From Polynucleobacter necessarius (GTDB lineage: Bacteria; Pseudomonadota; Gammaproteobacteria; Burkholderiales; Burkholderiaceae), in assembly GCF_900095195.1 (NCBI RefSeq), contig NZ_LT606950.1, positions 210,001-242,000 on the forward strand: 32,000 nucleotides of DNA. Direction: 5' to 3'. Position 1 is the first letter of the stretch; each line of letters begins with the position of its first letter. The notes under the pieces were generated by a model. That model saw nothing but the letters and a program-made list of their open reading frames with translations, searched no databases and was not told where the DNA came from. Made by a program: the position numbers and the translations under genes. Shown here piece after piece: positions 8,877 through 18,059 of this stretch.

Positions 8877-9509
8877 ATGAATCCAAGCCTAGACCTTCTG
8901 CTCATTCCGATCGCCTATCTGATTGGTTCCATTTCATTCGCAGTGGTTGTGAGTAAATGCATGAACTTACCAGACCCACATTCTTATGGCTCAGGCAATC
9001 CTGGCGCAACCAACATATTGCGTACCGGAAATAAATTGGCTGCAGCATTAACGTTTTTAGGTGATGCGCTGAAGGGTTACGTTGCAGTGATGCTCGCGCG
9101 TGTTTGGTTAGGTGATCAATCACTGACGGGTGCTTTTGGATCTTGGGTGCTCTGTGGCGTTGCTCTGGCGGTATTCCTGGGGCATCTCTTCCCCGTCTTT
9201 CGTGGATTTAATGGTGGAAAGGGCGTGGCAACTGCCTGCGGTATTTTGTTTGGCGTTAACGCCATTCTCGGAGTCGCAACCTTGAGCACGTGGGTCATCG
9301 TCGCAGTGTTCTTGCGCTACTCCTCGCTAGCAGCACTAGCTTCGGCAATCTTTGGACCGATCCACTTTACATTTTTATTTGGCTTTCAACCGATGGGGAT
9401 AGTGCTGCTAGCAATTTCTGTTTTGTTGATTTGGCGTCATCGAAGCAATATTCAGAACTTACTCAATGGCACCGAGAGCCGCATTGGCTCTAAAAAGAGT
9501 AAAGCCTAA
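8877..9509 (+). CDS. plsY: glycerol-3-phosphate acyltransferase PlsY
   Basis: 210-aa polytopic membrane ORF with [16 protein letters not shown] and GGKGVAT motifs. Confidence 0.93.
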   Translation: MNPSLDLLLIPIAYLIGSISFAVVVSKCMNLPDPHSYGSGNPGATNILRTGNKLAAALTFLGDALKGYVAVMLARVWLGDQSLTGAFGSWVLCGVALAVFLGHLFPVFRGFNGGKGVATACGILFGVNAILGVATLSTWVIVAVFLRYSSLAALASAIFGPIHFTFLFGFQPMGIVLLAISVLLIWRHRSNIQNLLNGTESRIGSKKSKA

Positions 9510-9548
9510 GAACAGAAGATTTAGAAAAAGAAATTCACGGAGATAAAA

Positions 9549-9920
9549 ATGACGATTGCCTGTGCATGTATTTTATTTATGGGCTTACTTCCCTACGTTG
9601 CAGCCGGTATCGCCAAAAAAGGGTTTGACCACTATGACAATCGTATGCCCAGAGAATGGTTAGCAAAGCAAACGGGATTTCGTGCTCGAGCCAATGCTGC
9701 GCAAGCAAATCTTTTTGAATCGTTACCCTTGTTCTTTGCCGCGGTCATTATTGCCAGTATTGCTAATACTCCACAGGACAGAATTGATTTATTGGCAATC
9801 GGATTTGCCGTGGCACGAGTGGCCTACTTGATTTGTTATGTTGCCAATTGGGCCACAGCACGATCCATTGTTTGGTTGTTCGGATTGATTTGTGTCATTA
9901 CCCTCTTTTTTCAAATTTAA
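9549..9920 (+). CDS. MAPEG-family membrane protein
   Basis: 123 aa with 3-4 hydrophobic helices. RARANAAQANLFESLPLF fits the MAPEG R-x-x-x-N-x-x-E loop motif. Confidence 0.75.
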   Translation: MTIACACILFMGLLPYVAAGIAKKGFDHYDNRMPREWLAKQTGFRARANAAQANLFESLPLFFAAVIIASIANTPQDRIDLLAIGFAVARVAYLICYVANWATARSIVWLFGLICVITLFFQI

Positions 9921-9947
9921 ATTGCAGCACCTTTAGAGAACGAATTC

Positions 9948-10717
9948 ATGTCAGTAGGCAAATTACCAAAAAGCACCGTGGCTGCTGCAGTCAAATCATC
10001 GCCAAAAAAGGTGACGGCAAAGAAGGTCTCTTCAAAAGCGGATGGAACACGCTGTCCGTTGTGATTCGGCGACGTATCGAGGCACAAAAGGCGCGGTTTC
10101 ATGCGAATGACAACATTGCGCAATTTATTCAGCCGGGTGAGCTAGAATCGTTAATCGATGAGGTTGCTGAACAAATGCAAGGCGTTTTAGAGAGTCTAGT
10201 CATCGATACAGAAAATGACCACAACACTAAAAATACCAGTCGTCGTGTGGCAAAAATGTATGTTCAGGAGGTATTCAATGGGCGCTATGTCGAGCAGCCT
10301 GTTTTAACCAAGTTTCCAAATGTGAGTCGTCTGAATGAGTTGATGATTATTGGGCCGATCACCGTGCGCAGCGCCTGCTCGCACCACCTCTGCCCAATTA
10401 TGGGCAGAATTTGGATTGGCGTATTGCCAAAAAGGTTCAGCACTCATTGGTTTATCAAAATATTCTCGCCTAACTGAGTGGGTCATGTGTCGTCCGCAAA
10501 TTCAGGAAGGGGCTGTAGTGGAATTGGTAGACATGTTGGAGAGAAAGATTAAGCCTATCGGCGTGGCAGTTGTTATGGATGCTGACCATTTCTGTATGCA
10601 ATGGCGTGGGGTAAAAGATCTCGTGATTCCAAAATGATCAATAGCGTGATGCGCGGTGCATTCTTGAGAGATTCCAATCTTCGTCGTGAATTCCTAGCGT
10701 TGATTGATCGCAAGTAA
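9948..10717 (+). pseudogene. folE: GTP cyclohydrolase I (FolE type 1) disrupted by at least two, probably three, frameshifts
   Basis: Homology is spread over alternating frames. (i) ATG 9948 gives MSVGKLPKSTVAAAVKSSPKKVTAKKVSSKADGTR, stop 10062-10064. (ii) The next frame gives IRRRIEAQKARFHANDNI...RRVAKMYVQEVF...ITVRSACSHHLCPIMGRIWIGVLPK, stop 10475-10477. (iii) The first frame resumes from about 10434 with GSALIGLSKYSRLTEWVMCRPQIQEGAVVELV...VVMDADHFCMQWRGVKD, stop 10635-10637. (iv) The second frame resumes from about 10628 with SKMINSVMRGAFLRDSNLRREFLALIDRK, stop 10715-10717. The first internal shift coincides with an A5 run at 10429-10433. Confidence 0.8.
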
Positions 10718-10948
10718 ATGGCTCGTTGCACAAGACATTCTATTCTTGCTTGGACAAGCATTGTGGTGGGGTCAGTTTTTGTATCTGCATGTGGAGGGTT
10801 TCCAAATCACCATTCAGATCCACAGAAAAATACTCCCATCTCCTACAAGGTGGATATGAAAGACTGTGCGGACAATTACCCTGAAACTCTAGACGGTGTT
10901 TACATTAAGCAACGAATTGGCTGCATGAATCTCAAGAGTTGGCAATAG
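10718..10948 (+). CDS. small putative lipoprotein
   Basis: 76-aa ORF starting immediately after the folE stop (TAAATG). It has a signal peptide ending in a lipobox-like VSAC (SIVVGSVFVSAC-GG). No recognisable family. Confidence 0.5.
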   Translation: MARCTRHSILAWTSIVVGSVFVSACGGFPNHHSDPQKNTPISYKVDMKDCADNYPETLDGVYIKQRIGCMNLKSWQ

Positions 10949-10969
10949 AGTTCTCAAGCGGTAGTTTGG

Positions 10970-10984
10970 TGAGAATTATTCTCA
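10970..10984. promoter_or_regulatory. perfect 7-1-7 palindrome resembling a Fur-family box, upstream of the HiPIP gene
   Basis: TGAGAAT-T-ATTCTCA, read directly. It differs from the 7-1-7 Fur consensus TGATAAT-N-ATTATCA at one symmetric position per half-site. It lies about 120 bp upstream of the iron-sulfur protein gene. Confidence 0.3.
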
Positions 10985-11105
10985 TCTATTTATTCATGTA
11001 AATCAATGACTTATCTGTCGTCTAGCAAGTCAAAAATATCTCCACTATGATGAGCCACATCATCAAGAATTCAAGTTGTTAAACGTTTTATTTTTTGGAG
11101 AATCC

Positions 11106-11414
11106 ATGAAAAATAGTCGTCGCCAATTTATGATTTTGTCCGCTGCTGGAGCATGTACATTAGCGTTGAACGGTAAGGTTCAAGCTCAAGCGATGGTCGC
11201 AGAAACCGATCCACAAGCTGCTGCACTGGGTTACAAAGCGGATGCTAGTAAAGTGGATAAGGCGAAGTTTGCGAAGTATGCAGCTGGTCAGCAATGCGAT
11301 AACTGTGCGTTGTATCAAGGTAAACCAGGTTCTGCTGCTGGTGGTTGCTCGCTGTTCGCAGGCAAGCAAGTTGCAGGCAAGGGCTGGTGCTCAGCATATG
11401 CTAAGAAGGCATAA
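11106..11414 (+). CDS. high-potential iron-sulfur protein (HiPIP) with a Tat signal peptide
   Basis: MKNSRRQFMILSAAGACTLALNGKVQAQA is a twin-arginine signal. The mature part has the four-Cys pattern CDNC...C...WC (QQCDNCALYQG...GGCSLFAG...GWCSAYAKKA). I prefer ATG 11106, preceded by GGAG at 11097-11100, over the track's upstream TTG at 11076. Confidence 0.9.
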   Translation: MKNSRRQFMILSAAGACTLALNGKVQAQAMVAETDPQAAALGYKADASKVDKAKFAKYAAGQQCDNCALYQGKPGSAAGGCSLFAGKQVAGKGWCSAYAKKA

Positions 11415-11444
11415 GCCGTTTGCGCCTATCGCAGGCTATCCAGG

Positions 11445-11470
11445 AAAAGACCGCGTCTGCGGTCTTTTTT
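11445..11470 (+). terminator. rho-independent terminator after the HiPIP gene
   Basis: Stem AAAAGACCGC (11445-11454), loop GTCT, stem GCGGTCTTTT (11459-11468), running into a T-rich tail. A second weaker hairpin TTGAG...CTCAA plus T6 follows at 11474-11500. Confidence 0.75.
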
Positions 11471-11513
11471 GTTTTGAGCCCGAGCTCTCTCAAGTTTTTT
11501 CATGTGGTGGTGT

Positions 11514-12018
11514 ATGAAACACACTTTTAGTACTTGGACAAAGCGATCTACTTTTTATTTCGGCGGTGACCAGCCATTAGTCAGTTGGCCTGTCTGCGGT
11601 TTTCGTCCTAGCAAAAATGATGGGTGAATTCGTTGGAGTTCAAGAGTGGTTAATGGCCTCCTTGGGGGCTAGCGCTTTATTGGTGTTTGCATTGCCGGGT
11701 AGCCCAATGGCTCAGCCCTGGGCTGTGATAGCGGGCAATACGATCTCCGCCCTCATTGGAATCGTAGCTTTTATGGTGGTTCCTGAACCATTGCTGGCTA
11801 TGCCGATTGCGGCAAGCCTATCGATTCTTGGTATGTTTGTGTTGCGATGCTTACATCCGCCTGCCGCCGCTGTAGCGTTGATCGTTATCTTGGGTCATGT
11901 AACGCAATTTCGGTACGCCATTTTCCCGGTCATGATTGATTCAATATTATTGGTCATAGCGGGAGCGCTCTATAGTAATCTGACTGGTAAGACCTATCCC
12001 AATAAACCATTACGCTAA
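11514..12018 (+). pseudogene. HPP-family membrane protein, apparently frameshifted near its 5' end (intact ORF remnant 11617-12018)
   Basis: The 133-aa ORF (LGASALLVFALPGSPMAQPWAVIAGN...LRCLHPPAAAVAL) covers the HPP core but lacks the roughly 40-50-aa N-terminal region usual in this family. A separate frame from ATG 11514 encodes MKHTFSTWTKRSTFYFGGDQPLVSWPV..., stop 11625-11627. From my memory of family members this resembles HPP N-termini. The frames appear to meet around 11580-11600. Confidence 0.55.
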
Positions 12019-12037
12019 TCGCTAATGAACTAATTAT

Positions 12038-12073
12038 AAAAAAGCCCCCATTGAGTAAATGGAGGCTTTTTTT
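12038..12073 (+). terminator. rho-independent terminator after the HPP gene
   Basis: AAAAAAGCCCCCA (12038-12050), a 9-nt loop, then TGGAGGC (12060-12066) and T7 (12067-12073). The stem has one C/A mismatch, and the flanking A and T runs suggest it could work in both directions. Confidence 0.65.
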
Positions 12074-12426
12074 GACACTTCAGTGTTGTCTTAAATAGAC
12101 ATCACTTCCACCTGGTTTCTGCAATCGAGGCGATACAGTCCTTAATGCCATAGCTATGATATTTGCCAGCATTCTCTTTTTTTGAGCGACTGCGCACATT
12201 CGCTCACGGAGTTGCGGACATTAATTTTTGGCATATTGCTAGTTGTCATTTCTGACTCCTTTCTTCTGAACTTTTATCGTTTTTAGTATTAAATGCCATT
12301 AATAGATAAATTGGCACATATCCGATTCTATAAAAAACCGGGTATTCCATATATGATCAAAATCAAAAGTTCAATGCCTAAAGATGTAAAATTTCGGAAT
12401 ATATTCAAAAAGTTAGCCAAATCTCA

Positions 12427-13908
12427 ATGACACCAGTATTGCCGATAATTCTCTGTGGTGGATCAGGTACTCGCCTGTGGCCGCTCTCACGCTCGGGATT
12501 TCCGAAGCAGTTTTTGGTGTTATCAGGAGATGACTCTAAACAAAGTCTCTTTCAGCAGGCTATCAGTCGAATTCATGCTATTGCCAATCAAGATATTGTT
12601 ATTGGCAAAACGATTATTGTGACCAATGAGGAGCATCGTTTTCTCGCGCTCGATCAATTGCGAGATCTGAACCAAATTTCAGCAACTCTATTGCTTGAGC
12701 CTAGCGGTCGAAACACTGCGCCAGCGTTAACATTGGCTGCGCTGTATGCCCAGTCGCTTGAGGGCCAGGAAAATGATCCGATTTTGGTGGCGACACCCGC
12801 TGACCAGACAGCAACTAACCCCGTAGCGTTTACAAACGCCCTCGCAAAAAGTATTGCAATCGCAAATGAGGGTTCTATCGCCATACTTGGGATTACTCCA
12901 ACATCGCCCGAGACGGGTTATGGGTATATCAAAACTTCCCAGATGCACAGCACAACATCGAATGTTGATGCGTATATTGTCGAGCGCTTTGTGGAAAAGC
13001 CAGATGCACAAACCGCCGAACGTTATTTAGCTGAGGGTGGTTATTACTGGAATGGCGGCATGTTTGTGCTGAAGGCCAGTGTGTGGCTTAAGGCGCTTCA
13101 AGCATTTCGCCCCGATATTCTGGAGGCTACCGAAATCGCGTGGAAAGGCAAGCAAGAGGATGGCTCCGGGGATACCGTGCTTATTCGACCCGATAAAGCC
13201 CTATTTGAAGCTATTCCAAGCGAATCGATTGACTATGCCGTCATTGAAAAATGCCCCGACTCAACATTTCCGATCCGAATGGTTGAGCTCGATGCTGGCT
13301 GGAATGATCTGGGCGCTTGGGATGCTGTATGGCAGGTTGGGAGTAAAGATGAGTATGGCAATGTGACCGTCGGTGATGCCTTAGTGAGTAATACGAAAAA
13401 TTCCTTAATTTATGCTTGCAACCGTTTAGTCAGTACGGTTGGTTTAGAGAATGTCATTGTGGTGGAAACTGCCGACGCTGTTTTGGTTGCTGATCGTAAA
13501 AATAGCCAAGATGTTAAGCATATTGTTGCGCAGCTTGATGGTCAAAAACGCGAAGAGAAGGCTTTGCATCGCAAGGTTTCGCGACCCTGGGGTTGGTATG
13601 ACAGCGTGGATGAGGGAGAGCGCTTTAAGGTCAAGCGTATACAAGTCAAGCCCGGCGCAAGCCTTTCTTTACAGATGCACCACCACCGTGCTGAGCATTG
13701 GATTGTGGTGAAGGGTACCGCTGAGATTACCAATGGTGATCAAGTGATTACCCTCTTAGAAAATCAAAGTACGTACATCCCCCAAGGGCAAACCCACCGT
13801 CTTGCTAACCCAGGAACTACTCCACTAGAAATCATCGAGGTGCAATCTGGTAGCTATCTAGGGGAAGATGATATTGTTCGTTTTGAAGATACTTACGGAA
13901 GAAGTTAA
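12427..13908 (+). CDS. manC: bifunctional mannose-1-phosphate guanylyltransferase / mannose-6-phosphate isomerase (type II PMI-GMP)
   Basis: 493-aa ORF. N-terminal nucleotidyltransferase domain ([22 protein letters not shown]) and C-terminal cupin isomerase domain ([23 protein letters not shown]). Confidence 0.93.
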   Translation: MTPVLPIILCGGSGTRLWPLSRSGFPKQFLVLSGDDSKQSLFQQAISRIHAIANQDIVIGKTIIVTNEEHRFLALDQLRDLNQISATLLLEPSGRNTAPALTLAALYAQSLEGQENDPILVATPADQTATNPVAFTNALAKSIAIANEGSIAILGITPTSPETGYGYIKTSQMHSTTSNVDAYIVERFVEKPDAQTAERYLAEGGYYWNGGMFVLKASVWLKALQAFRPDILEATEIAWKGKQEDGSGDTVLIRPDKALFEAIPSESIDYAVIEKCPDSTFPIRMVELDAGWNDLGAWDAVWQVGSKDEYGNVTVGDALVSNTKNSLIYACNRLVSTVGLENVIVVETADAVLVADRKNSQDVKHIVAQLDGQKREEKALHRKVSRPWGWYDSVDEGERFKVKRIQVKPGASLSLQMHHHRAEHWIVVKGTAEITNGDQVITLLENQSTYIPQGQTHRLANPGTTPLEIIEVQSGSYLGEDDIVRFEDTYGRS

Positions 13909-13913
13909 CTATC

Positions 13914-15041
13914 ATGAGTAAACAAAAAGTTGCCCTGATCACGGGAATTACCGGACAAGACGGTTCTTACCTTGCTGAATTCTTATTGGAGAAGGGCTAT
14001 GTCGTTCATGGCATTAAGCGTCGCGCTTCCTCCTTTAATACCGAGCGGATTGACCATATTTACCAAGACCCGCATATTAATCATCCGGATCTGATTTTGC
14101 ATTACGGCGATTTGACCGACACCAGCAACCTAGTGCGCATTATTCAGGAGTGTCAGCCCGATGAGATCTATAACTTGGGTGCGCAATCGCATGTCGCAGT
14201 TTCGTTTGAATCACCTGAGTACACAGCCGATGTCGATGCCATTGGCCCTCTGCGGATGCTTGAGGCGATTCGTATTTTAGGTTTAGAAAAGAAGACCCGT
14301 TTTTATCAAGCGTCTACGTCCGAGCTCTATGGCTTAGTACAAGAAATACCTCAAAAAGAGACCACGCCGTTTTATCCGAGAAGCCCCTATGCAGTTGCAA
14401 AGATGTATGCATATTGGATTGCGGTGAACTATCGTGAGGCATACGGTATCTACGCCTGTAACGGCATTTTGTTTAATCATGAATCCAAGCGACGTGGTGA
14501 AACCTTTGTTACACGTAAAGTGACTCGTGGTTTAGCCAATATTGCGCAAGGCCTGGAGAAGTGTTTGTTCATGGGCAATATTGATGCCCTACGAGATTGG
14601 GGTCATGCAAAAGATTATGTGCGCATGCAGTGGCTGATGTTGCAACAGGAGCAACCTGAAGACTTTGTGATCGCTACTGGCGTTCAATTTACCGTCCGCG
14701 AATTTATTATTCGTAGCGCAAAACAGCTGGGTATCACCCTGAAATTTGAAGGACAGACTGAGAACGAAAAAGCGATTGTTGCCAGTATTGAAGGCGATAA
14801 AGCCCCCGCATTAAAAGTAGGTGATGTCATTGTCCAGATTGACCCCCATTACTATCGCCCAACCGAAGTGGAGACTCTGTTAGGTGATCCCAGTAAGGCA
14901 AAACAAAAGTTGGGCTGGGTTCCCGAGATCACACTGGATGAGATGATTACAGAAATGGTTGCTAGTGATTTGGAAAAAGCAAAGCAACACGCTTTGCTCA
15001 CTAAGCATGGTTACTCTGTGGCGGTTGGCAAAGAAAATTAA
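13914..15041 (+). CDS. gmd: GDP-mannose 4,6-dehydratase (long, E. coli-like type)
   Basis: 375-aa ORF with [54 protein letters not shown] and [17 protein letters not shown]. Confidence 0.96.
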   Translation: MSKQKVALITGITGQDGSYLAEFLLEKGYVVHGIKRRASSFNTERIDHIYQDPHINHPDLILHYGDLTDTSNLVRIIQECQPDEIYNLGAQSHVAVSFESPEYTADVDAIGPLRMLEAIRILGLEKKTRFYQASTSELYGLVQEIPQKETTPFYPRSPYAVAKMYAYWIAVNYREAYGIYACNGILFNHESKRRGETFVTRKVTRGLANIAQGLEKCLFMGNIDALRDWGHAKDYVRMQWLMLQQEQPEDFVIATGVQFTVREFIIRSAKQLGITLKFEGQTENEKAIVASIEGDKAPALKVGDVIVQIDPHYYRPTEVETLLGDPSKAKQKLGWVPEITLDEMITEMVASDLEKAKQHALLTKHGYSVAVGKEN

Positions 15042-15077
15042 TAGAACCACAACTAGTAGAAATGGCAATCTGATCTC

Positions 15078-16055
15078 GTGAACCACGATTTGAATCAAAA
15101 AATTTATGTGGCAGGCCATCGTGGCATGGTGGGATCAGCCATTGTGCGCAATCTGCAAGCACAGGGATTTCAAAATATCGTCTTTAGAACCCACGCTGAA
15201 CTCGATTTGACCAATCAAGTACAAGTCGCAAAATTTTTTGAGCAAGAAAAACCCGATCAAGTCTATTTAGCTGCCGCTAAGGTTGGTGGAATTCATGCTA
15301 ATAATACCTATCCGGCAGAGTTTATCTACGATAACTTGATGGTGCAAAACAATGTGATTCACCAAGCATTTTTGAGTGGCGTCAAAAAGCTCCTTTTTTT
15401 AGGATCGAGCTGCATTTACCCAAGGCTTGCAATACCGCCCATGAGTGAGGATGTCTTGCTGACGGGAAAACTTGAGCCTACCAACGAGCCGTATGCGATT
15501 GCCAAAATTGCCGGCATCAAAATGTGTGAGAGTTATAACCGTCAGTACAGAGACTCTCACGGGGTTGATTATCGATCTGTGATGCCAACAAACCTGTATG
15601 GCCCTGGCGATAACTATCATCCTGAAAATAGCCATGTAATCCCTGCGTTAATCAGAAGATTTCATGAGGCAAAGGTTGCCAATGCCCCAGATGTGATGAT
15701 TTGGGGAACTGGCGCCCCCAAAAGAGAATTTTTGTTTGTTGACGATATGGCTGCTGCTTCGGTATTTGTCATGCACTTGGACAAAAAAATCTACGATAGC
15801 CAAACACAGCCGATGCAAAGTCATCTGAATGTCGGTTACGGATCGGATGTCGCGATTGCCGATCTTGCAAAAGCTGTCAGTGAGGCAGTAGGTTATTCAG
15901 GGAAGATCAGCTTTGACTCAACAAAGCCCGATGGCTCTCCTAGGAAGTGGATGGATTCGGGCCGTTTAAATCAGCTAGGTTGGCTGCCAACAGTCAATCT
16001 GGCCCAAGGCCTTGCAAAAGCTTATCAAGGTTTTCTGGCGACGTTACCAACCTAG
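15078..16055 (+). CDS. fcl: GDP-L-fucose synthase (GDP-4-keto-6-deoxymannose 3,5-epimerase/4-reductase)
   Basis: 325-aa ORF with a GTG start. [34 protein letters not shown] and NLYGPGDNY are Fcl/WcaG signatures. It lies directly downstream of gmd. Confidence 0.94.
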   Translation: MNHDLNQKIYVAGHRGMVGSAIVRNLQAQGFQNIVFRTHAELDLTNQVQVAKFFEQEKPDQVYLAAAKVGGIHANNTYPAEFIYDNLMVQNNVIHQAFLSGVKKLLFLGSSCIYPRLAIPPMSEDVLLTGKLEPTNEPYAIAKIAGIKMCESYNRQYRDSHGVDYRSVMPTNLYGPGDNYHPENSHVIPALIRRFHEAKVANAPDVMIWGTGAPKREFLFVDDMAAASVFVMHLDKKIYDSQTQPMQSHLNVGYGSDVAIADLAKAVSEAVGYSGKISFDSTKPDGSPRKWMDSGRLNQLGWLPTVNLAQGLAKAYQGFLATLPT

Positions 16056-16134
16056 TTTCCCTTGATTGAGTAGAGTTAGAACTTTGACCCTAATACTCAA
16101 GAACTCAAATGTACTTGCTAGGCAAGCGTTAATC

Positions 16135-16515
16135 CTATAAATCTTTTCTGAGGGCTATTGAATAATTTTCAATACCATTGTCCCTCTCAACATTTATGGA
16201 AATGGCAGTTAATAGCCCCGAAGGCTTTTTATCATTTATAAGTATTCGCTCACCATGCGGGAGATTGAAAATGGCGTGGTCATAACGAAGGCCACATTGC
16301 TGAAGATAACTTAGCGCAACTTCTTTTTCGGATTCTAATCTTGCACTTAATACGATAATGACGTCTTTTTCAGGAATTTGTTTCCAGAATTCTGAGATGC
16401 CAGGCAGTAATTTGTCCCCGCTTTTTTTGTGGCCATTATGCTGAACGATGGTCCCATCAAGATCAATCAGCCACGTATGACCTAATTTGCTAATTTCAAC
16501 GAAATTCATGGTCAT
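16135..16515 (-). CDS. small HAD-superfamily phosphatase-like protein
   Basis: 126 aa. HAD motif I is WLIDLDGTIV, a motif II candidate is IVLSAR, and the acidic/Lys region is ILINDKKP. There is no cap domain. Its ATG overlaps the stop of the upstream gene (ATGA at 16512-16515). Confidence 0.6.
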   Translation of the reverse strand: MTMNFVEISKLGHTWLIDLDGTIVQHNGHKKSGDKLLPGISEFWKQIPEKDVIIVLSARLESEKEVALSYLQQCGLRYDHAIFNLPHGERILINDKKPSGLLTAISINVERDNGIENYSIALRKDL

Positions 16516-18059
16516 GAATTTGTGGGTGTCTTTTTATTTTGAGCTAATTCAAGCCAGTAAAGTCCATAGTAAAAGGCGCCAATCACCGAATCAATATCAT
16601 CTTTGGCATACCCTGACAAGGAAAGCCAAATTAGCCCATGAATTAACTGAATTTTATGAAAATCTTCTGAAAAGTAATTTGCAAATACTTGCGGCGCAGT
16701 TTTTGCAAAAATAGAATCTGCTTGAAGAATTTCAACCGCATGTTCGTCTATGTGTAGCTTAAATTTACGACGATTGAACAAATCGTAACCCCCGACTGCT
16801 GAATAGTAGACTTTTGCAAAATCATACAAGGGGTCTCCCATAATTCCAGGATTTGCGAAATAACCCCGTGGATCAAAAAACCATACTCTCAAATTATCAT
16901 CTACCAGCGTGTTTGAAAACGTAGGGTCACCGTGGATTGCGGTAAATTTTTTGGGAACTAAATTTGAAATAATTTTTTGCAATTCGCCTTCATATTTATC
17001 GGAGAATAAATTTTTACACTTTTTACCATTGATAGTCATCGAATCTTTCTCAAAAGCGGGAATTATTCCTGATACGGAGTTGATGCGATTAATCGTTTTG
17101 TTTAGGTAGACCTCAAATGCATCTTCAGTAATAGTTTGGGTTGACTTGGAGTCGTGCAGTGAAGTTAAAGTATCTAGATAGTCTGCCATAACTGCTCGCT
17201 TTTCACGTTCTGTTAGGTCATGCATCTCGTATGCATGTAAACCATTTATCCTCTCAATGACAAAAGGGTTAGTTGTGAAGACTTTGGGTATTCTGCGAAA
17301 TTTTAGTTTTTGAACTTCCCCATACCATGCAATTTCTTTTGATTGCAGGTCTTGATAATTGGGATCAAGTACGGTCTTGGTTACTGAATTTTTAGATATT
17401 TCAACCTTATTAAAAAATCTACTAAATCCAGCGCGATCATTATTTTCTTCAATCGAATGAAAATCGCCTAGTTCTTCAAGATCTGGACAATCTATCGTTT
17501 CGAATTTAAGGTAGGTTATTGAGAACCACTTTACAAACTCACCATTAGTTGGCGGGGTAATAAAATGATCTTTATTGGGGAAATAAAAGATCCCTGGAAT
17601 TCCGTTAATTGAGGCTGGAAGTTCACGTAAGACCCCTTCTTCCGATATGGTCCATCTACATGTAAAAGAAGAGGTAGTAAATACAACGGGTAAATTTCTG
17701 TCCAAAAAGTTAGGCAAGGATTTAATAATCAGGTCGCTCCACATTAAAACAACTCGGGAATCGCTTGGTATTAAATCCAAGGCCTGAGCTATTCCCGACG
17801 CTGTACCCTTATTAGTGGTATGAATTAGCTTATACGCGACTGTCGGAGGGTTGGTTTTTAAATACTTTTCTAATTGACTAAACGCGTAGTCCCCAATGAT
17901 GATGAAGGTTGCATTTGGGAAATAATCGAATGCGTGGTAGATGATTGGTTTTCCATGTACGGAAACTAAACATTTAGGCTTGTTCCAAGTGTGATGGCGA
18001 AGCCTGCTTCCGCGCCCGCCGGCTTGGATGATGACATATAAGTTTGTTGGATTCGTCAT
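16512..18059 (-). CDS. fusion protein: N-terminal sugar-phosphate nucleotidyltransferase domain plus C-terminal APH/choline-kinase-fold phosphotransferase domain
   Basis: 515 aa. The N-terminus VIIQAGGRGSRLRHHTWNKPKCLVSVHGKPIIYH carries the GGxGxRL...KP nucleotidyltransferase signature. The C-terminus AIHGDPTFSNTLVDDNLRVWFFDPRG carries the HxDxxxxN catalytic loop plus a metal-binding D of eukaryotic-like/APH kinases. The region is AT-rich. Confidence 0.7.
   Translation of the reverse strand: MTNPTNLYVIIQAGGRGSRLRHHTWNKPKCLVSVHGKPIIYHAFDYFPNATFIIIGDYAFSQLEKYLKTNPPTVAYKLIHTTNKGTASGIAQALDLIPSDSRVVLMWSDLIIKSLPNFLDRNLPVVFTTSSFTCRWTISEEGVLRELPASINGIPGIFYFPNKDHFITPPTNGEFVKWFSITYLKFETIDCPDLEELGDFHSIEENNDRAGFSRFFNKVEISKNSVTKTVLDPNYQDLQSKEIAWYGEVQKLKFRRIPKVFTTNPFVIERINGLHAYEMHDLTEREKRAVMADYLDTLTSLHDSKSTQTITEDAFEVYLNKTINRINSVSGIIPAFEKDSMTINGKKCKNLFSDKYEGELQKIISNLVPKKFTAIHGDPTFSNTLVDDNLRVWFFDPRGYFANPGIMGDPLYDFAKVYYSAVGGYDLFNRRKFKLHIDEHAVEILQADSIFAKTAPQVFANYFSEDFHKIQLIHGLIWLSLSGYAKDDIDSVIGAFYYGLYWLELAQNKKTPTNS

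Noticed and set aside
9833-10477. The track ORF of 214 aa taken as a genuine protein.
   Set aside because: Its first ~75 residues overlap the MAPEG gene and the spacer and have no FolE similarity. Its last ~15 residues (KRFSTHWFIKIFSPN) are out-of-frame read-through past the A5 frameshift. Only the middle part is real FolE sequence, so I treat it as part of the folE pseudogene.
12075-12426. An RfaH ops/JUMPstart element (GGCGGTAG) upstream of the glycan operon.
   Set aside because: There is no exact match in the leader. The nearest matches I saw (GGCGGTAT at 8514-8521 inside xerD, GGCGGTAT inside the NeuB-like gene, GGCGGTGA at about 11575 inside the HPP pseudogene) are intragenic and imperfect.
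16056-16134. A convergent terminator between fcl and the mini-HAD gene.
   Set aside because: Only 5-bp stems are present (GAGTT...AACTC with a very large loop; CTTGC-TAG-GCAAG), with no adjacent U-tracts. This is not convincing.
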